The translations under genes were made by a program, and so were the position numbers. Below, in pieces: positions 24,024-32,000 of a stretch of DNA of 32,000 nt (its first letter is position 1; every line of letters begins with the position of its first letter). Under the pieces are notes generated by a model. The model searched no databases and was not told the DNA's origin. It saw only the letters and a program-made list of their open reading frames with translations. Source of the DNA: Candidatus Saccharimonadota bacterium. Its GTDB lineage: Bacteria; Patescibacteriota; Gracilibacteria; UBA1369; 2-02-FULL-48-14. The stretch is from the NCBI GenBank assembly GCA_016699145.1, contig CP064962.1, positions 990,001 to 1,022,000 of the forward strand. Reading direction: 5' to 3'.

Positions 24024-24956
24024 TTAAATCACGGGCACGGTGTGACCTTCCACTTCGAGCGAAGCTTTGAGAGAATGCAAAGCCACTTCCAATTGTTCAT
24101 CGTCCGGTTCACGAGTGGTGAGTCGCTGCAAAAAAAGACCCGGAGCCACAAAAACTTGCACCCATTTTTTATCTTGAAAACGAGCGCTGAGTTTGAGGGT
24201 TTCATAGCTCACGCCGGCCACCAAAGGAATCACGGCGACGCGCTGCCCCAGCATGCCCCAAAAGCCATCTACAGGAGGAATCAAAGTGTAGACAAAAACA
24301 CTCATCAAAATCACAATAAAAATAAAACTCGTGCCACAGCGCGGGTGAAAACGCGTTTGTTTCCGCGCATGTTCCACCGTAAGAGGAAGACCTTTTTCAT
24401 AAGTCCAAATGGATTTATGTTCAGCTCCATGATATTGAAACACGCGACGGATGTCTTTCAGCAGCGCAATCGAAGAAATATAGAGCAAAAACACAGAAAT
24501 TTTCGTCAGTCCATCGATGGAGTTGAAGAGTAGATAGTTGGCCTTCACGACGGGCCAAAATTCAGCCGCTTGCTCCGCCACCCAAAGGGGCAAAAATTTG
24601 AGCAAAAACAGTGTCACTCCCAACATGAAAAGGGTGTAAAACACCGTGAAAATCATCCACAAAACTCGTGCCACCGGGCCTCGAGCTTCTTCCTCATCTT
24701 CCCCTATAAACACGGCATTCGAAAAGTTGAGAGCCCCATAACCGATGCGCATGGATTCAAACAAATGCACCAAGCCCCGCAGCAGAGGGATGTTCAAAAA
24801 AGAATAGCGCTCTGTCCAGCTTTGAAAAGCGGCCTGTTTCACTTTCAATTTACCCTGCGGATCACGCACGCTCACCGTATAATAATGAGGGGAACGCATC
24901 ATCACGCCTTCAATCACGGCTTGACCTCCGACAGCGAAATCGATTTTTGCTTGCAT
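24024..24956 (-). CDS. DUF1385 (YqhQ-like) membrane protein
   Basis: The N-terminal VGGQAVIEGVMMRSP signature of DUF1385 is followed by several TM helices and YHGAEHK. The ATG at 24956 is preferred over the track start at 24980, which overlaps the upstream stop region. Confidence 0.72.
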   Translation of the reverse strand: MQAKIDFAVGGQAVIEGVMMRSPHYYTVSVRDPQGKLKVKQAAFQSWTERYSFLNIPLLRGLVHLFESMRIGYGALNFSNAVFIGEDEEEARGPVARVLWMIFTVFYTLFMLGVTLFLLKFLPLWVAEQAAEFWPVVKANYLLFNSIDGLTKISVFLLYISSIALLKDIRRVFQYHGAEHKSIWTYEKGLPLTVEHARKQTRFHPRCGTSFIFIVILMSVFVYTLIPPVDGFWGMLGQRVAVIPLVAGVSYETLKLSARFQDKKWVQVFVAPGLFLQRLTTREPDDEQLEVALHSLKASLEVEGHTVPVI

Positions 24957-24976
24957 ATGCCTGCAGTTTATCAGAA

Positions 24977-25615
24977 TCAAACCACAAGCTCAATAAAGCT
25001 TCCAAAGCGCATGACATCCGCATTCCGTCGCCACGAAAACCACTTCGAATGACAGGCGGTGCACTCTTTCATCCACTCCACTTGGTTCCTATCCACGCCA
25101 AAGTCCCGCAGTTGCCGCTCCAAAATCGCCCACAAATCCACCTGCCCATCCCGAATGGCCCAATGGTATTTTTCAGGAATTTCCTTAAAAGGCTCCGTAA
25201 ACCGTGCACATTCCACACCCAAAGAAGGGCCAATTCCAATCTGTAAACGTGCCATCTCCGCTCCTTCCACCGCCAGTCGCTCCAAGGTCTTAGGCACGAT
25301 TTCTGCCACAAGCCCTCGCCAGCCCGCATGCACACCGGCCACCAGCCCCGCCTCTGCATCGGCCAAAACCAAGGGGATGCAATCCGCACTTTTGATGAGC
25401 AATCTCACCCCAGGCACTCGAGTGAACAGGGCATCACCTTCCACTTCTGGCCCCACACTTTTCACCTCCACAATCTCGGTTCCATGCACCTGTTTCAGCA
25501 TTTGAACAGGGAAGGGCAATGAGGTCAAAACGTCCCCATTATAAACCCCCGCCAGCACGGATTTTGGGAACGACGAGAAAGGATAAATTTGGGCCATAAC
25601 TTGCACATTTTTCAT
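24977..25615 (-). CDS. pgeF: YfiH/PgeF-family (DUF152, Cu-oxidase_4) purine nucleoside phosphorylase / peptidoglycan editing factor
   Basis: 212 aa with the family landmarks QVHGTEIV, GDALFT, SADCIPLVLAD, GVHAGWRGL and the CTAC...FSWRR C-terminus. Confidence 0.85.
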   Translation of the reverse strand: MKNVQVMAQIYPFSSFPKSVLAGVYNGDVLTSLPFPVQMLKQVHGTEIVEVKSVGPEVEGDALFTRVPGVRLLIKSADCIPLVLADAEAGLVAGVHAGWRGLVAEIVPKTLERLAVEGAEMARLQIGIGPSLGVECARFTEPFKEIPEKYHWAIRDGQVDLWAILERQLRDFGVDRNQVEWMKECTACHSKWFSWRRNADVMRFGSFIELVV

Positions 25616-25648
25616 AGTATGCCATACTGTTCTTTGTAATCCACGCTT

Positions 25649-26608
25649 ATGTCACGAAACACCCCCATTCTTTGGGCTTTGGCCCTGCTTGTGCTCGTCG
25701 TACAAGTTGCTTTAGCCAGTCCGTCCTTGCCGCCCATTGTGAACGTCCATGAATCCATCGAAAAGATGGGAGACGTCGTGAATCTTCAAAACGTGATGGA
25801 TGAACTCAACATCCGCACCACAGTTTTACATGCCATTCCCGAAGATTTGCTTTATTTTTCAGGAGAGAAAGTTTCTTTGAGCAAAGTATTGGAAAGCAAC
25901 ACTTTGGTGGAACAAATCGCCAAACAAGCCGAAGAAAGTTTTGAATTTTTCTGCACTGTAGATCCCAACGATGTGAATCGTGTGCAAATGTTAAAAGACT
26001 GCTTACAAGAAGGAGCCGTGGGGCTCAAACTTTACAACGGATACACTTATTCGCATGTGCTGCCTCTGGATGATCCCAAACTCACCGAACTTTATGCCGT
26101 TTTGCAGGAAGAAAAGGCCCTGCTCATGCTGCCAGTGAACGCAGGGGAGTACAAAAATGAATTGGAAAATGTGCTCACGCTTTACCCCAATTTAGAGGTC
26201 ATTTGTCCGCATTACTGTCTTTCTTCCAAATCTTTGAATCGCTTGACTCAGCTCATGACCGAGTACCCAAATTTATATGTGGACACCAGTTTCGGCAGCA
26301 CCAATTTTGCCTTGGAGGGATTCCGCACCATCAGTGAAAACACAGAGGCTTACGCAGAGTTCTTCGAGAAATTTCAAGATCGCATTCTTTTTGCAACAGA
26401 CAACATCGTGACCAGTTATGAAGATAAAGACAAAGACTTTTTAAAAGATCTTTATAACGATTACATTTGGATTCTTTCTGCAGGAGAATTTGAATCCAGC
26501 CTCGATAAAACACCTGAAGACGGAAACACCCTTTATAAAGGTTTGGAACTGCCCTATACATCCCTGCAAAAAGTGTTTTGGAAAAACTGGGAAAGCTTGT
26601 TAGAATAG
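25649..26608 (+). CDS. Secreted amidohydrolase-2-like TIM-barrel protein (tentative)
   Basis: 319 aa with a signal peptide (LALLVLVVQVALASPS). The landmark order resembles PF04909-type amidohydrolases: VNVHES, GAVGLKLY, DDPKLTELYAVLQEEKALLMLPVN, LEVICPHY, PNLYVDTSF and DRILFATDN. Several usual His/Asp ligand positions look substituted. Confidence 0.5.
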   Translation: MSRNTPILWALALLVLVVQVALASPSLPPIVNVHESIEKMGDVVNLQNVMDELNIRTTVLHAIPEDLLYFSGEKVSLSKVLESNTLVEQIAKQAEESFEFFCTVDPNDVNRVQMLKDCLQEGAVGLKLYNGYTYSHVLPLDDPKLTELYAVLQEEKALLMLPVNAGEYKNELENVLTLYPNLEVICPHYCLSSKSLNRLTQLMTEYPNLYVDTSFGSTNFALEGFRTISENTEAYAEFFEKFQDRILFATDNIVTSYEDKDKDFLKDLYNDYIWILSAGEFESSLDKTPEDGNTLYKGLELPYTSLQKVFWKNWESLLE

Positions 26609-26628
26609 CATTGTCTTAAACTCAAACT

Positions 26629-27396
26629 ATGCCTGCTTACTTGCCCTTCCTCATTTTCCTTTTCGTTGTCATTATTTTGGTCAGCATTCGCCAAGTCAAT
26701 GAATATGAACGAGGTGTAAAATTCACTTTGGGTAGATTCAGCAGCATCATTAAACCTGGTTGGCGTTTGATTTTCCCTGTGATTCAATCCATGAAAAAAG
26801 TGGATCTACGTCTGCGCGCCGTAGAAGTGCCTCCTCAAGAATGTTTGACAAAAGACAATATTTCTGTGGGCGTGACCGCCGTTTTGTTCTTCAAAGTGAC
26901 GGATGCGAGCAAAGCCGTACTCAACGTAGAAAGCTTCTATTATGCCACCAGCCAATTGGCTCAAACCACCATGCGCAACGTGGTGGGTGAGGTGACTTTG
27001 GACGATTTGCTCTCCAAACGCGAAAGTCTTTCTGACAAAATCAAAAACATTGTGGATTCCACCATTCAAGAATGGGGTATCACGGTGGTTAATGTGGAAC
27101 TCAAAGACATTTTGATCCCCGACGACATGAAGCGCACCATCGGTAAACAAGCTGAAGCCGAGCGTGAACGCCGTGCCACCATCATTCGTTCTGAAGGAGA
27201 AGTCATCGCCGCTGCAAACATCGCCAAAGCCGCAAAAATGCTGGCCGAAACCCCCGGCGCTTTGCACCTGCGCACCCTCGACTCCATCAACGACATTTCT
27301 TCGGATGAGTCCAACACCACCATTTGGATGCTCCCCATTGAAGTGTTGAAAGCCGTCGAAGGCATCAATGATTTCATGTCTTTGAAAAAGAAATAA
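26629..27396 (+). CDS. SPFH/band-7 (stomatin/slipin-like) membrane protein
   Basis: 255 aa. An N-terminal TM helix is followed by VNEYERGVKFTLGRF...PGWRLIFPVIQSMKKVDLR...TKDNISVGVTAVLFFKV and the QAEAERERRA coiled region. Confidence 0.9.
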   Translation: MPAYLPFLIFLFVVIILVSIRQVNEYERGVKFTLGRFSSIIKPGWRLIFPVIQSMKKVDLRLRAVEVPPQECLTKDNISVGVTAVLFFKVTDASKAVLNVESFYYATSQLAQTTMRNVVGEVTLDDLLSKRESLSDKIKNIVDSTIQEWGITVVNVELKDILIPDDMKRTIGKQAEAERERRATIIRSEGEVIAAANIAKAAKMLAETPGALHLRTLDSINDISSDESNTTIWMLPIEVLKAVEGINDFMSLKKK

Positions 27397-28208
27397 TGAC
27401 CCAGCGTTATTTAATCATCGGTCATCCGCTGAGCTTTTGTTTGACAACCCCCGTGATCAACGGCGGCTTCAAAGAGCTGGGCATTGATGCGGAGTTCAAG
27501 ACCCTCGACGTGCTCCCTGAAGCGTTTCCAGAAGTCATGGAGCAACTGAAACGCGGTGAACTTGCGGGAGTGGTTGCGACCATGCCTTACAAAACACCTT
27601 CCATGGAATACTTGGACGAATCCACCGAAGAAGCTAAAGCGGTGAGTGCGGTCAATTTGATACTCCACCAGAATGGAAAACTCGTGGGTCACAACACCGA
27701 TTGGCTCGGAGCCATGGGAGCTTTGAAAACCGCCATGCCCAAGTTGGAAGGCAAACAAGCACTCATTTTGGGCGCCGGAGGGGCGGCTCGTGCCGCGGCT
27801 TACGGTCTACAAAAAGAAGGAGCTCGGGTCGCCATTTGGAATCGAACGCCCGAACGCGCCAAGGCTTTTGCCCAAAAAATGAACATTGAATGGGTGGAAA
27901 ATCTGGAGCATTGGAATGCACTACCCGACCTCATCATCAATGCGACTGCCTCCAGCAATCAGGATCGCCAAAGCACACTGGTGCCCTTCCCTTTATGGAA
28001 AAACGTCATGCTCGCTCTGGACGCCGTTTACGGACGCACCAGCCTCTTTTTAGAGGAGGCGAAAGCCATGCAAGTGCCTCACGTGATTTCGGGTGAAATT
28101 TGGTTTTTGAGTCAAGTTTTCACTATGTTCAAAATCATCACCGGCAAAGAAGGCCCCGCCGACCTGATGACGCGCCTCACTCACGAATCCAAAGTGATCA
28201 CAGCATAG
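27396..28208 (+). CDS. aroE: Shikimate 5-dehydrogenase
   Basis: 270 aa with IIGHPLSFCLTTPVINGGF, the catalytic-Lys region ATMPYK, GHNTDWLG and the NADP motif GAGGAARAAAYGL. The start overlaps the upstream stop (TAATG). Confidence 0.88.
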   Translation: MTQRYLIIGHPLSFCLTTPVINGGFKELGIDAEFKTLDVLPEAFPEVMEQLKRGELAGVVATMPYKTPSMEYLDESTEEAKAVSAVNLILHQNGKLVGHNTDWLGAMGALKTAMPKLEGKQALILGAGGAARAAAYGLQKEGARVAIWNRTPERAKAFAQKMNIEWVENLEHWNALPDLIINATASSNQDRQSTLVPFPLWKNVMLALDAVYGRTSLFLEEAKAMQVPHVISGEIWFLSQVFTMFKIITGKEGPADLMTRLTHESKVITA

Positions 28209-28339
28209 AGGCTACGCAACTCTCGCTTGACCCGTTTGACCCGCAAGCTCTTCTAGAATTGTATCATTTTGATACAACTGAAATGTTTTTTTGATACGAT
28301 TCGCCAGAGCAATTCGAGTTTTCTGCGAAGAACTATTTT

Positions 28340-28828
28340 TTATAATTCTTCGAGCGCTTCTTCCGAAATCAAAGTCTGCCACGCAAGAATGGCCACGCCC
28401 ATCACAATAAAAACGTCGGCTAAATTGAAAGTGGGCCACCAATAAACTTGGATGAAATCTATAACGTAGCCGTAATGCACGCGATCGATCAGGTTTCCAA
28501 TCGCGCCAGCAAAAATGAACGCCAGAGGCAAAAGATGACTTTTATGCTTCCATAAACAGTTTTGCACCACCACATAAAAACCGAGCATCAAAATACCAAG
28601 AGTTAAAAAATAGGTGCCCCAAAGTGGCATGTGAAAGCCAAAAACCAACCCTGAATTGTGAGAAAGATTGAATCCAAAGTCCACCCGTTCGCCAAGAGTG
28701 AGCTGTGTGTTGGCCCAGTTTTTACTCAGTTGATCCAAAACCAAGCACAGTAAAGTGATGGGAGCAAAAAACTTCCAAACTTGATCCAATTTCTTTGCCG
28801 TTTTTTGAGAGGAAGCGGAGTGTTTCAT
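28340..28828 (-). CDS. lspA: Lipoprotein signal peptidase (signal peptidase II)
   Basis: 162 aa with four TM segments and the conserved NSGLVFGF, GAIGNLIDR, VIDFI and FNLADVFIVMG motifs. Confidence 0.9.
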   Translation of the reverse strand: MKHSASSQKTAKKLDQVWKFFAPITLLCLVLDQLSKNWANTQLTLGERVDFGFNLSHNSGLVFGFHMPLWGTYFLTLGILMLGFYVVVQNCLWKHKSHLLPLAFIFAGAIGNLIDRVHYGYVIDFIQVYWWPTFNLADVFIVMGVAILAWQTLISEEALEEL

Positions 28829-28838
28829 GACATCCTTA

Positions 28839-28992
28839 TAGAGGCTATCTCAAAAAAAGACCAGAGTATTTAGGACGGCACTGATTTCGTGCCCGTCCAT
28901 CCACTCTTAAAGGCAAGAACTGGATTATTTTGCTTACAAAAGCTTAAAATCCTCTGCGTTCTTGCTCTTTCCTTTTTTTGAGATAGCCTCTA
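28839..28992. repeat. 154-bp element bounded by perfect 21-bp inverted repeats (MITE-like or long regulatory hairpin)
   Basis: TAGAGGCTATCTCAAAAAAAG (28839-28859) is the exact reverse complement of CTTTTTTTGAGATAGCCTCTA (28972-28992), with 112 bp between them. There is an inner imperfect hairpin GGACGGCAC...GTGCCCGTCC. If the outermost TA on each side is a target duplication, the repeats are 19 bp. Confidence 0.5.
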
Positions 28993-29045
28993 GTCAAAAG
29001 CCAAAACGCAGCCAACCCCAAAGTCCAAAAGCGCCATCAAATGTC

Positions 29046-29074
29046 TTGCTCAAACCTTAAAAAAGATGTATAAT
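29046..29074 (+). promoter_or_regulatory. Sigma-70-like promoter for the His-rich gene
   Basis: TTGCTC (29046-29051), a 17-nt spacer, then a perfect TATAAT (29069-29074), ending 20 nt before the ATG at 29095. Confidence 0.4.
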
Positions 29075-29094
29075 GTACAGACTTAAATAAAACC

Positions 29095-30003
29095 ATGTCA
29101 GCACCCGCACCCAGCCCGGCACCGGACCACCCTCCCGCACCTGAAAATGCTGGAGCCAATCCTCCCGAAGGAGCCCCTCATGCCCCCAAAGGACCGGTAA
29201 ACAAGATGACCAGCGACTTCAAACGACTGATTAAAGACGTGTGGGGTTTTGGTAAAGAGACTGAATCCAATGGAGAAGGATGGAGCACCCTTGGCAAAGT
29301 GGCCGCTGGAACAACAGCAGCTGTTGCAGGCGCAGGTTTACTTACCGCAGCGGGGCTCACTTACGCCACCGTAAAAGTGGCAGAAAAAGCACCTACAGTC
29401 GCCCAAAATCTGCTTGCAGGAGCTTCTGAAATGGTGGGCAGGCCGTTTGTAACGGCAGGGGCAGGATTTACTACTGGAACCAAGCTCTTAGAACCACCCG
29501 AATATCAAAAACTAGAAGGATGGACAGCTCCATGGAAGTTGCTCAAGAATACCCTGAAAGCAACTAAAGATTTAACACGTTTGGCTTCTGGACTGGTTGC
29601 CGGGACAGCAGGCCTTTTATATGGCGTGGCTGCTGGAATCGGAGATGGATTGCACAAGGCAGTGGGAGGAGGGGGTGGAAAATTCCCAACGCCCAAAGCC
29701 TTTGGCGGCAGTACGAAAGGAACCTCACATGGAACACAAGAACATCCAGCAGGCCATGATGATCACGACGGACATGGTCACGATGAAAACGGGCATGAGG
29801 CTCACGACGCTCACGCAACAGAAGGCCACGGAAGCCATGGACACACAGATGCCGCGCATCCAACTCCTGCTAATGACACTCATCACGATGCCCACGCTCC
29901 TGCTGAAGGCGGTCATGGGGAAACTCACGGACATGAGGAAAAGCACGGACACGATGCCCATGCCCCTGCTCATCGTAAGCCTGCTCACAGAAAAGCAGCC
30001 TAA
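29095..30003 (+). CDS. Hypothetical protein with Pro/Ala-rich N-terminus, two Gly/Ala-rich hydrophobic segments and a His-rich acidic C-terminal tail
   Basis: 302 aa. The tail (nt of about 29719-30000) has 24 His in about 94 residues (HDDHDGHGHDENGHEAHDAHATEGHGSHGHTD...GGHGETHGHEEKHGHDAHAPAH). Hydrophobic stretches are LGKVAAGTTAAVAGAGLLTAAGLTYATV and LASGLVAGTAGLLYGVAAGIG. Confidence 0.7.
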   Translation: MSAPAPSPAPDHPPAPENAGANPPEGAPHAPKGPVNKMTSDFKRLIKDVWGFGKETESNGEGWSTLGKVAAGTTAAVAGAGLLTAAGLTYATVKVAEKAPTVAQNLLAGASEMVGRPFVTAGAGFTTGTKLLEPPEYQKLEGWTAPWKLLKNTLKATKDLTRLASGLVAGTAGLLYGVAAGIGDGLHKAVGGGGGKFPTPKAFGGSTKGTSHGTQEHPAGHDDHDGHGHDENGHEAHDAHATEGHGSHGHTDAAHPTPANDTHHDAHAPAEGGHGETHGHEEKHGHDAHAPAHRKPAHRKAA

Positions 30004-30025
30004 TCCTTAAAAAGTTAAAATAAAT

Positions 30026-32000
30026 ATGGGACAAGCAGCACGAAAACTCGACGGCTCAAGAGAGGTGCCCGATGCAGTGCCTGGTTCAGATCGCAGGAAC
30101 CCTAGGCTTGATGAGATGAGAGGAGACCTTAAGAATCGTGTTCAAGATGTAATGGATAGAATGAAGCCCGCCAATGACGACGGTGCTTTTAGAGAAGAAG
30201 CATCTCCCGCAGCAGAGGCGGGTGGAGGACATGGACATGGAGCTGCTACCAAGAAAAGTAAAAAGCCTACAATTCCCGAGTTGGGAGATGAAACGATTGC
30301 TGATCTCATTGAAACAGGAACAACTGTCCGTGATTTTTACAGAAAATACAGAAAAGGAGAAGTCACTACTCCTGATATAGCTCGTCTTTTCAACGACGCT
30401 TTGGATACTCTTGGTTTGGATAAACTGAGAGCCGGAAGCAATGTATACGCTTGGCTCATTGGCCTGGCGTTAGGAATTCCAAACCATCCTCCGGAAAAAA
30501 TAACGCCAAACTATACCGATTTAACTGGACAAATTTTAGGTTTTCATCCAGATGAAGACAATCCACAATCGTACCACCACAGCGTAGAAGGTCTTATGGC
30601 GACAATAAATGAGATGGATTTACACAGACACTATAGTCTCTTCTTTCATCAGCCCAACTTTACTAAGGCCCTAAGCACTGCCAAAGGGCAAAAAAAAGCA
30701 AACGAACAGTTCTCAAAATTATTTGGACCGGATATCGAAACTCGAGCCCAGTTTTTAAATGAGTCTACGCAAGTCTTACTCAGACTGGGCTGTCACATCA
30801 CCCCTGGACCTAATGCCGCAGATCCAACAGTTGGAGAACATATACATATTCACGACCTTCGTAATGTTCACGCCAACCATAGCCTCCACACTGTTGTGCA
30901 AGCGATGCAAAATGCTCGTCAATGGGTTACTGAGGCCAACGTAGCTCAAATTGCAGAACCCGCTACTGAAGATGTGAAACTCAGTAAAGATATGCAAAAG
31001 TTTGGAGACACACTCATGGAGCATGTGAAAGGGAATACAGGTTTAGTCGTACAGTTCTTAGGCAACATAGAACCATTAGCTGCTTACGAAAAGGCCTTTC
31101 ATGCTCTTGCAAGCGATCAAGCTCTAGAAGAAGGAATGTATGAAGAGCCCGATGCAGTACGTGAACAAATTTGCCAGCTCTTTAACTTCTCGCCTAAAGA
31201 AAGAATCACCGCTGACGACCTCAACAGTTTCACTGAAGCACTGATAGGCCCCACACCTGCTCCAGCAACTGCTCCTTATCCTCTAGACCCAGACAACGGA
31301 GGAGCCTTAGGCCTATTAAGTGCAATCCCAGCAACGGATACTGTCACACGGGCAAAATGGGCTGCAATCAGGACTCGCATCAACGAAGCACGCGCTCGTT
31401 TATTAGCCACACCGACTGGGGCCACTCTTCCAGCTACCCGTTTGGGAGTGCTATTCCCACCAAAATCAGAGACCATCGACTACGCTAAATTTGGAAATCA
31501 ACTCGGAAAGGCAGTACGTGGCAAAACAGGGGTCAACCTTCGAAGAGCTCGTTCAGCCTTTTTACGTGGATGGGAACGAGATGAGTTCAGAGATCACTTT
31601 ATAAATCTTATGGATCCAACTCTCCTTACAGCCGTCTTGGATGGGACAAAGACCGATAAGGATGCACTCAAAACACAAATTGAAGAAGTGACAGGAGTAA
31701 AAGTCACTCGTATGACCCAGGCCTTATTTAGGAGTAGAATTCTAGCAAAAATGAATGAAATCGGAGATGGAACTCCAGGCAATGATGTAGATCCCGATGT
31801 AAGACTTAAACAAACGGCACTGAGAGCTATGTTATCACGACTCGCAAGAACAGTGCTTCCAAGCATTGACCCACTTTACCAAGAAGAAAGTTTGGAAAGA
31901 AACCTAGGAACCACCGTCAACGCAGCAACCCCCGCAAACCTTTCAGGAATTTTCGACAAACTCAATGCTGGCTTCTTTGTGCGCAATTACGGTTTACTCA
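30026..32000 (+). CDS. Large hypothetical protein, at least 658 aa, open at the right window edge; no recognised family
   Basis: It is absent from the supplied track because it is edge-truncated. I translated frame 2 from ATG 30026 (first start after the in-frame TAA at 30008) to 32000 and found no stop, with the frame checked at 31016-31024 and 31982-32000. It begins MGQAARKLDGSREVPDAVPGSDRRNPRLDEMRGDLKNRVQDVMDRMKP and starts 22 nt after the His-rich gene on the same strand. Confidence 0.75.
   Translation, partial: MGQAARKLDGSREVPDAVPGSDRRNPRLDEMRGDLKNRVQDVMDRMKPANDDGAFREEASPAAEAGGGHGHGAATKKSKKPTIPELGDETIADLIETGTTVRDFYRKYRKGEVTTPDIARLFNDALDTLGLDKLRAGSNVYAWLIGLALGIPNHPPEKITPNYTDLTGQILGFHPDEDNPQSYHHSVEGLMATINEMDLHRHYSLFFHQPNFTKALSTAKGQKKANEQFSKLFGPDIETRAQFLNESTQVLLRLGCHITPGPNAADPTVGEHIHIHDLRNVHANHSLHTVVQAMQNARQWVTEANVAQIAEPATEDVKLSKDMQKFGDTLMEHVKGNTGLVVQFLGNIEPLAAYEKAFHALASDQALEEGMYEEPDAVREQICQLFNFSPKERITADDLNSFTEALIGPTPAPATAPYPLDPDNGGALGLLSAIPATDTVTRAKWAAIRTRINEARARLLATPTGATLPATRLGVLFPPKSETIDYAKFGNQLGKAVRGKTGVNLRRARSAFLRGWERDEFRDHFINLMDPTLLTAVLDGTKTDKDALKTQIEEVTGVKVTRMTQALFRSRILAKMNEIGDGTPGNDVDPDVRLKQTALRAMLSRLARTVLPSIDPLYQEESLERNLGTTVNAATPANLSGIFDKLNAGFFVRNYGLL

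Noticed and set aside
23068-24533. 220-aa and 171-aa plus-strand ORFs
   Set aside because: They are antisense to the GT4-fusion and DUF1385 genes.
28259-28277. Hairpin TTGTATCA-TTT-TGATACAA between the convergent aroE and lspA genes as a bidirectional terminator
   Set aside because: The stem is almost entirely A-T pairs and no U-tract directly follows on either strand; the T7 run lies 9 nt away. The evidence is too weak to call.
1-32000. Alternative genetic code (UGA recoded), as in some candidate-phyla bacteria
   Set aside because: All conserved genes give full-length products with the standard code. TGA sits at natural gene ends, for example nadK and the TGATG and ATGA overlaps.
1-32000. 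CRISPR arrays, rRNA genes, integrase or recombinase genes
   Set aside because: I saw no regularly spaced 25-40-bp direct repeats, no rRNA-like conserved stretches and no tyrosine or serine recombinase motifs in any frame. The repeat clusters found (11467-11633, 17298-17700) do not have a repeat-spacer architecture.

Overview
Densely coded 32-kb bacterial chromosomal segment using the standard genetic code. By eye it is about 50% GC, with AT-richer islets at roughly 2.4-4.5 kb, 18.9-19.6 kb and 30-32 kb; this was not computed. Housekeeping genes recognised with high confidence are nadK, ppdK, gdhA, dnaJ, ahcY, metK, a PgeF/YfiH-family gene, aroE, lspA, an SPFH/band-7 gene, tRNA-Lys(UUU) and tRNA-Glu(CUC). 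There is a strong cell-envelope theme. It includes three GT4 glycosyltransferases (one frameshifted, one fused to a divergent deacetylase-like domain) and a 1448-aa very acidic SLH-domain S-layer-like protein with an internal Ca-loop tandem duplication. Accessory content includes a decayed IS5-family element with intact inverted repeats that splits one of two tandem paralogous genes of unknown function. It also includes a HEPN/MNT toxin-antitoxin pair, a MITE-like 21-bp inverted-repeat element, and a dense array of the palindrome TTGACTAGTCAA next to an excisionase-type HTH gene. A composite hairpin motif (GTGGACA-N4-TGTCCA plus a third half-site) recurs three times. At the right edge, a His-rich protein is followed by an ORF of at least 658 aa that is absent from the supplied track and has no family I recognise. 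That gene pair is my best candidate for something undescribed, but I cannot assign a function from sequence alone. No CRISPR array or rRNA was seen. All homology statements are motif recognition by eye; no searches were run.
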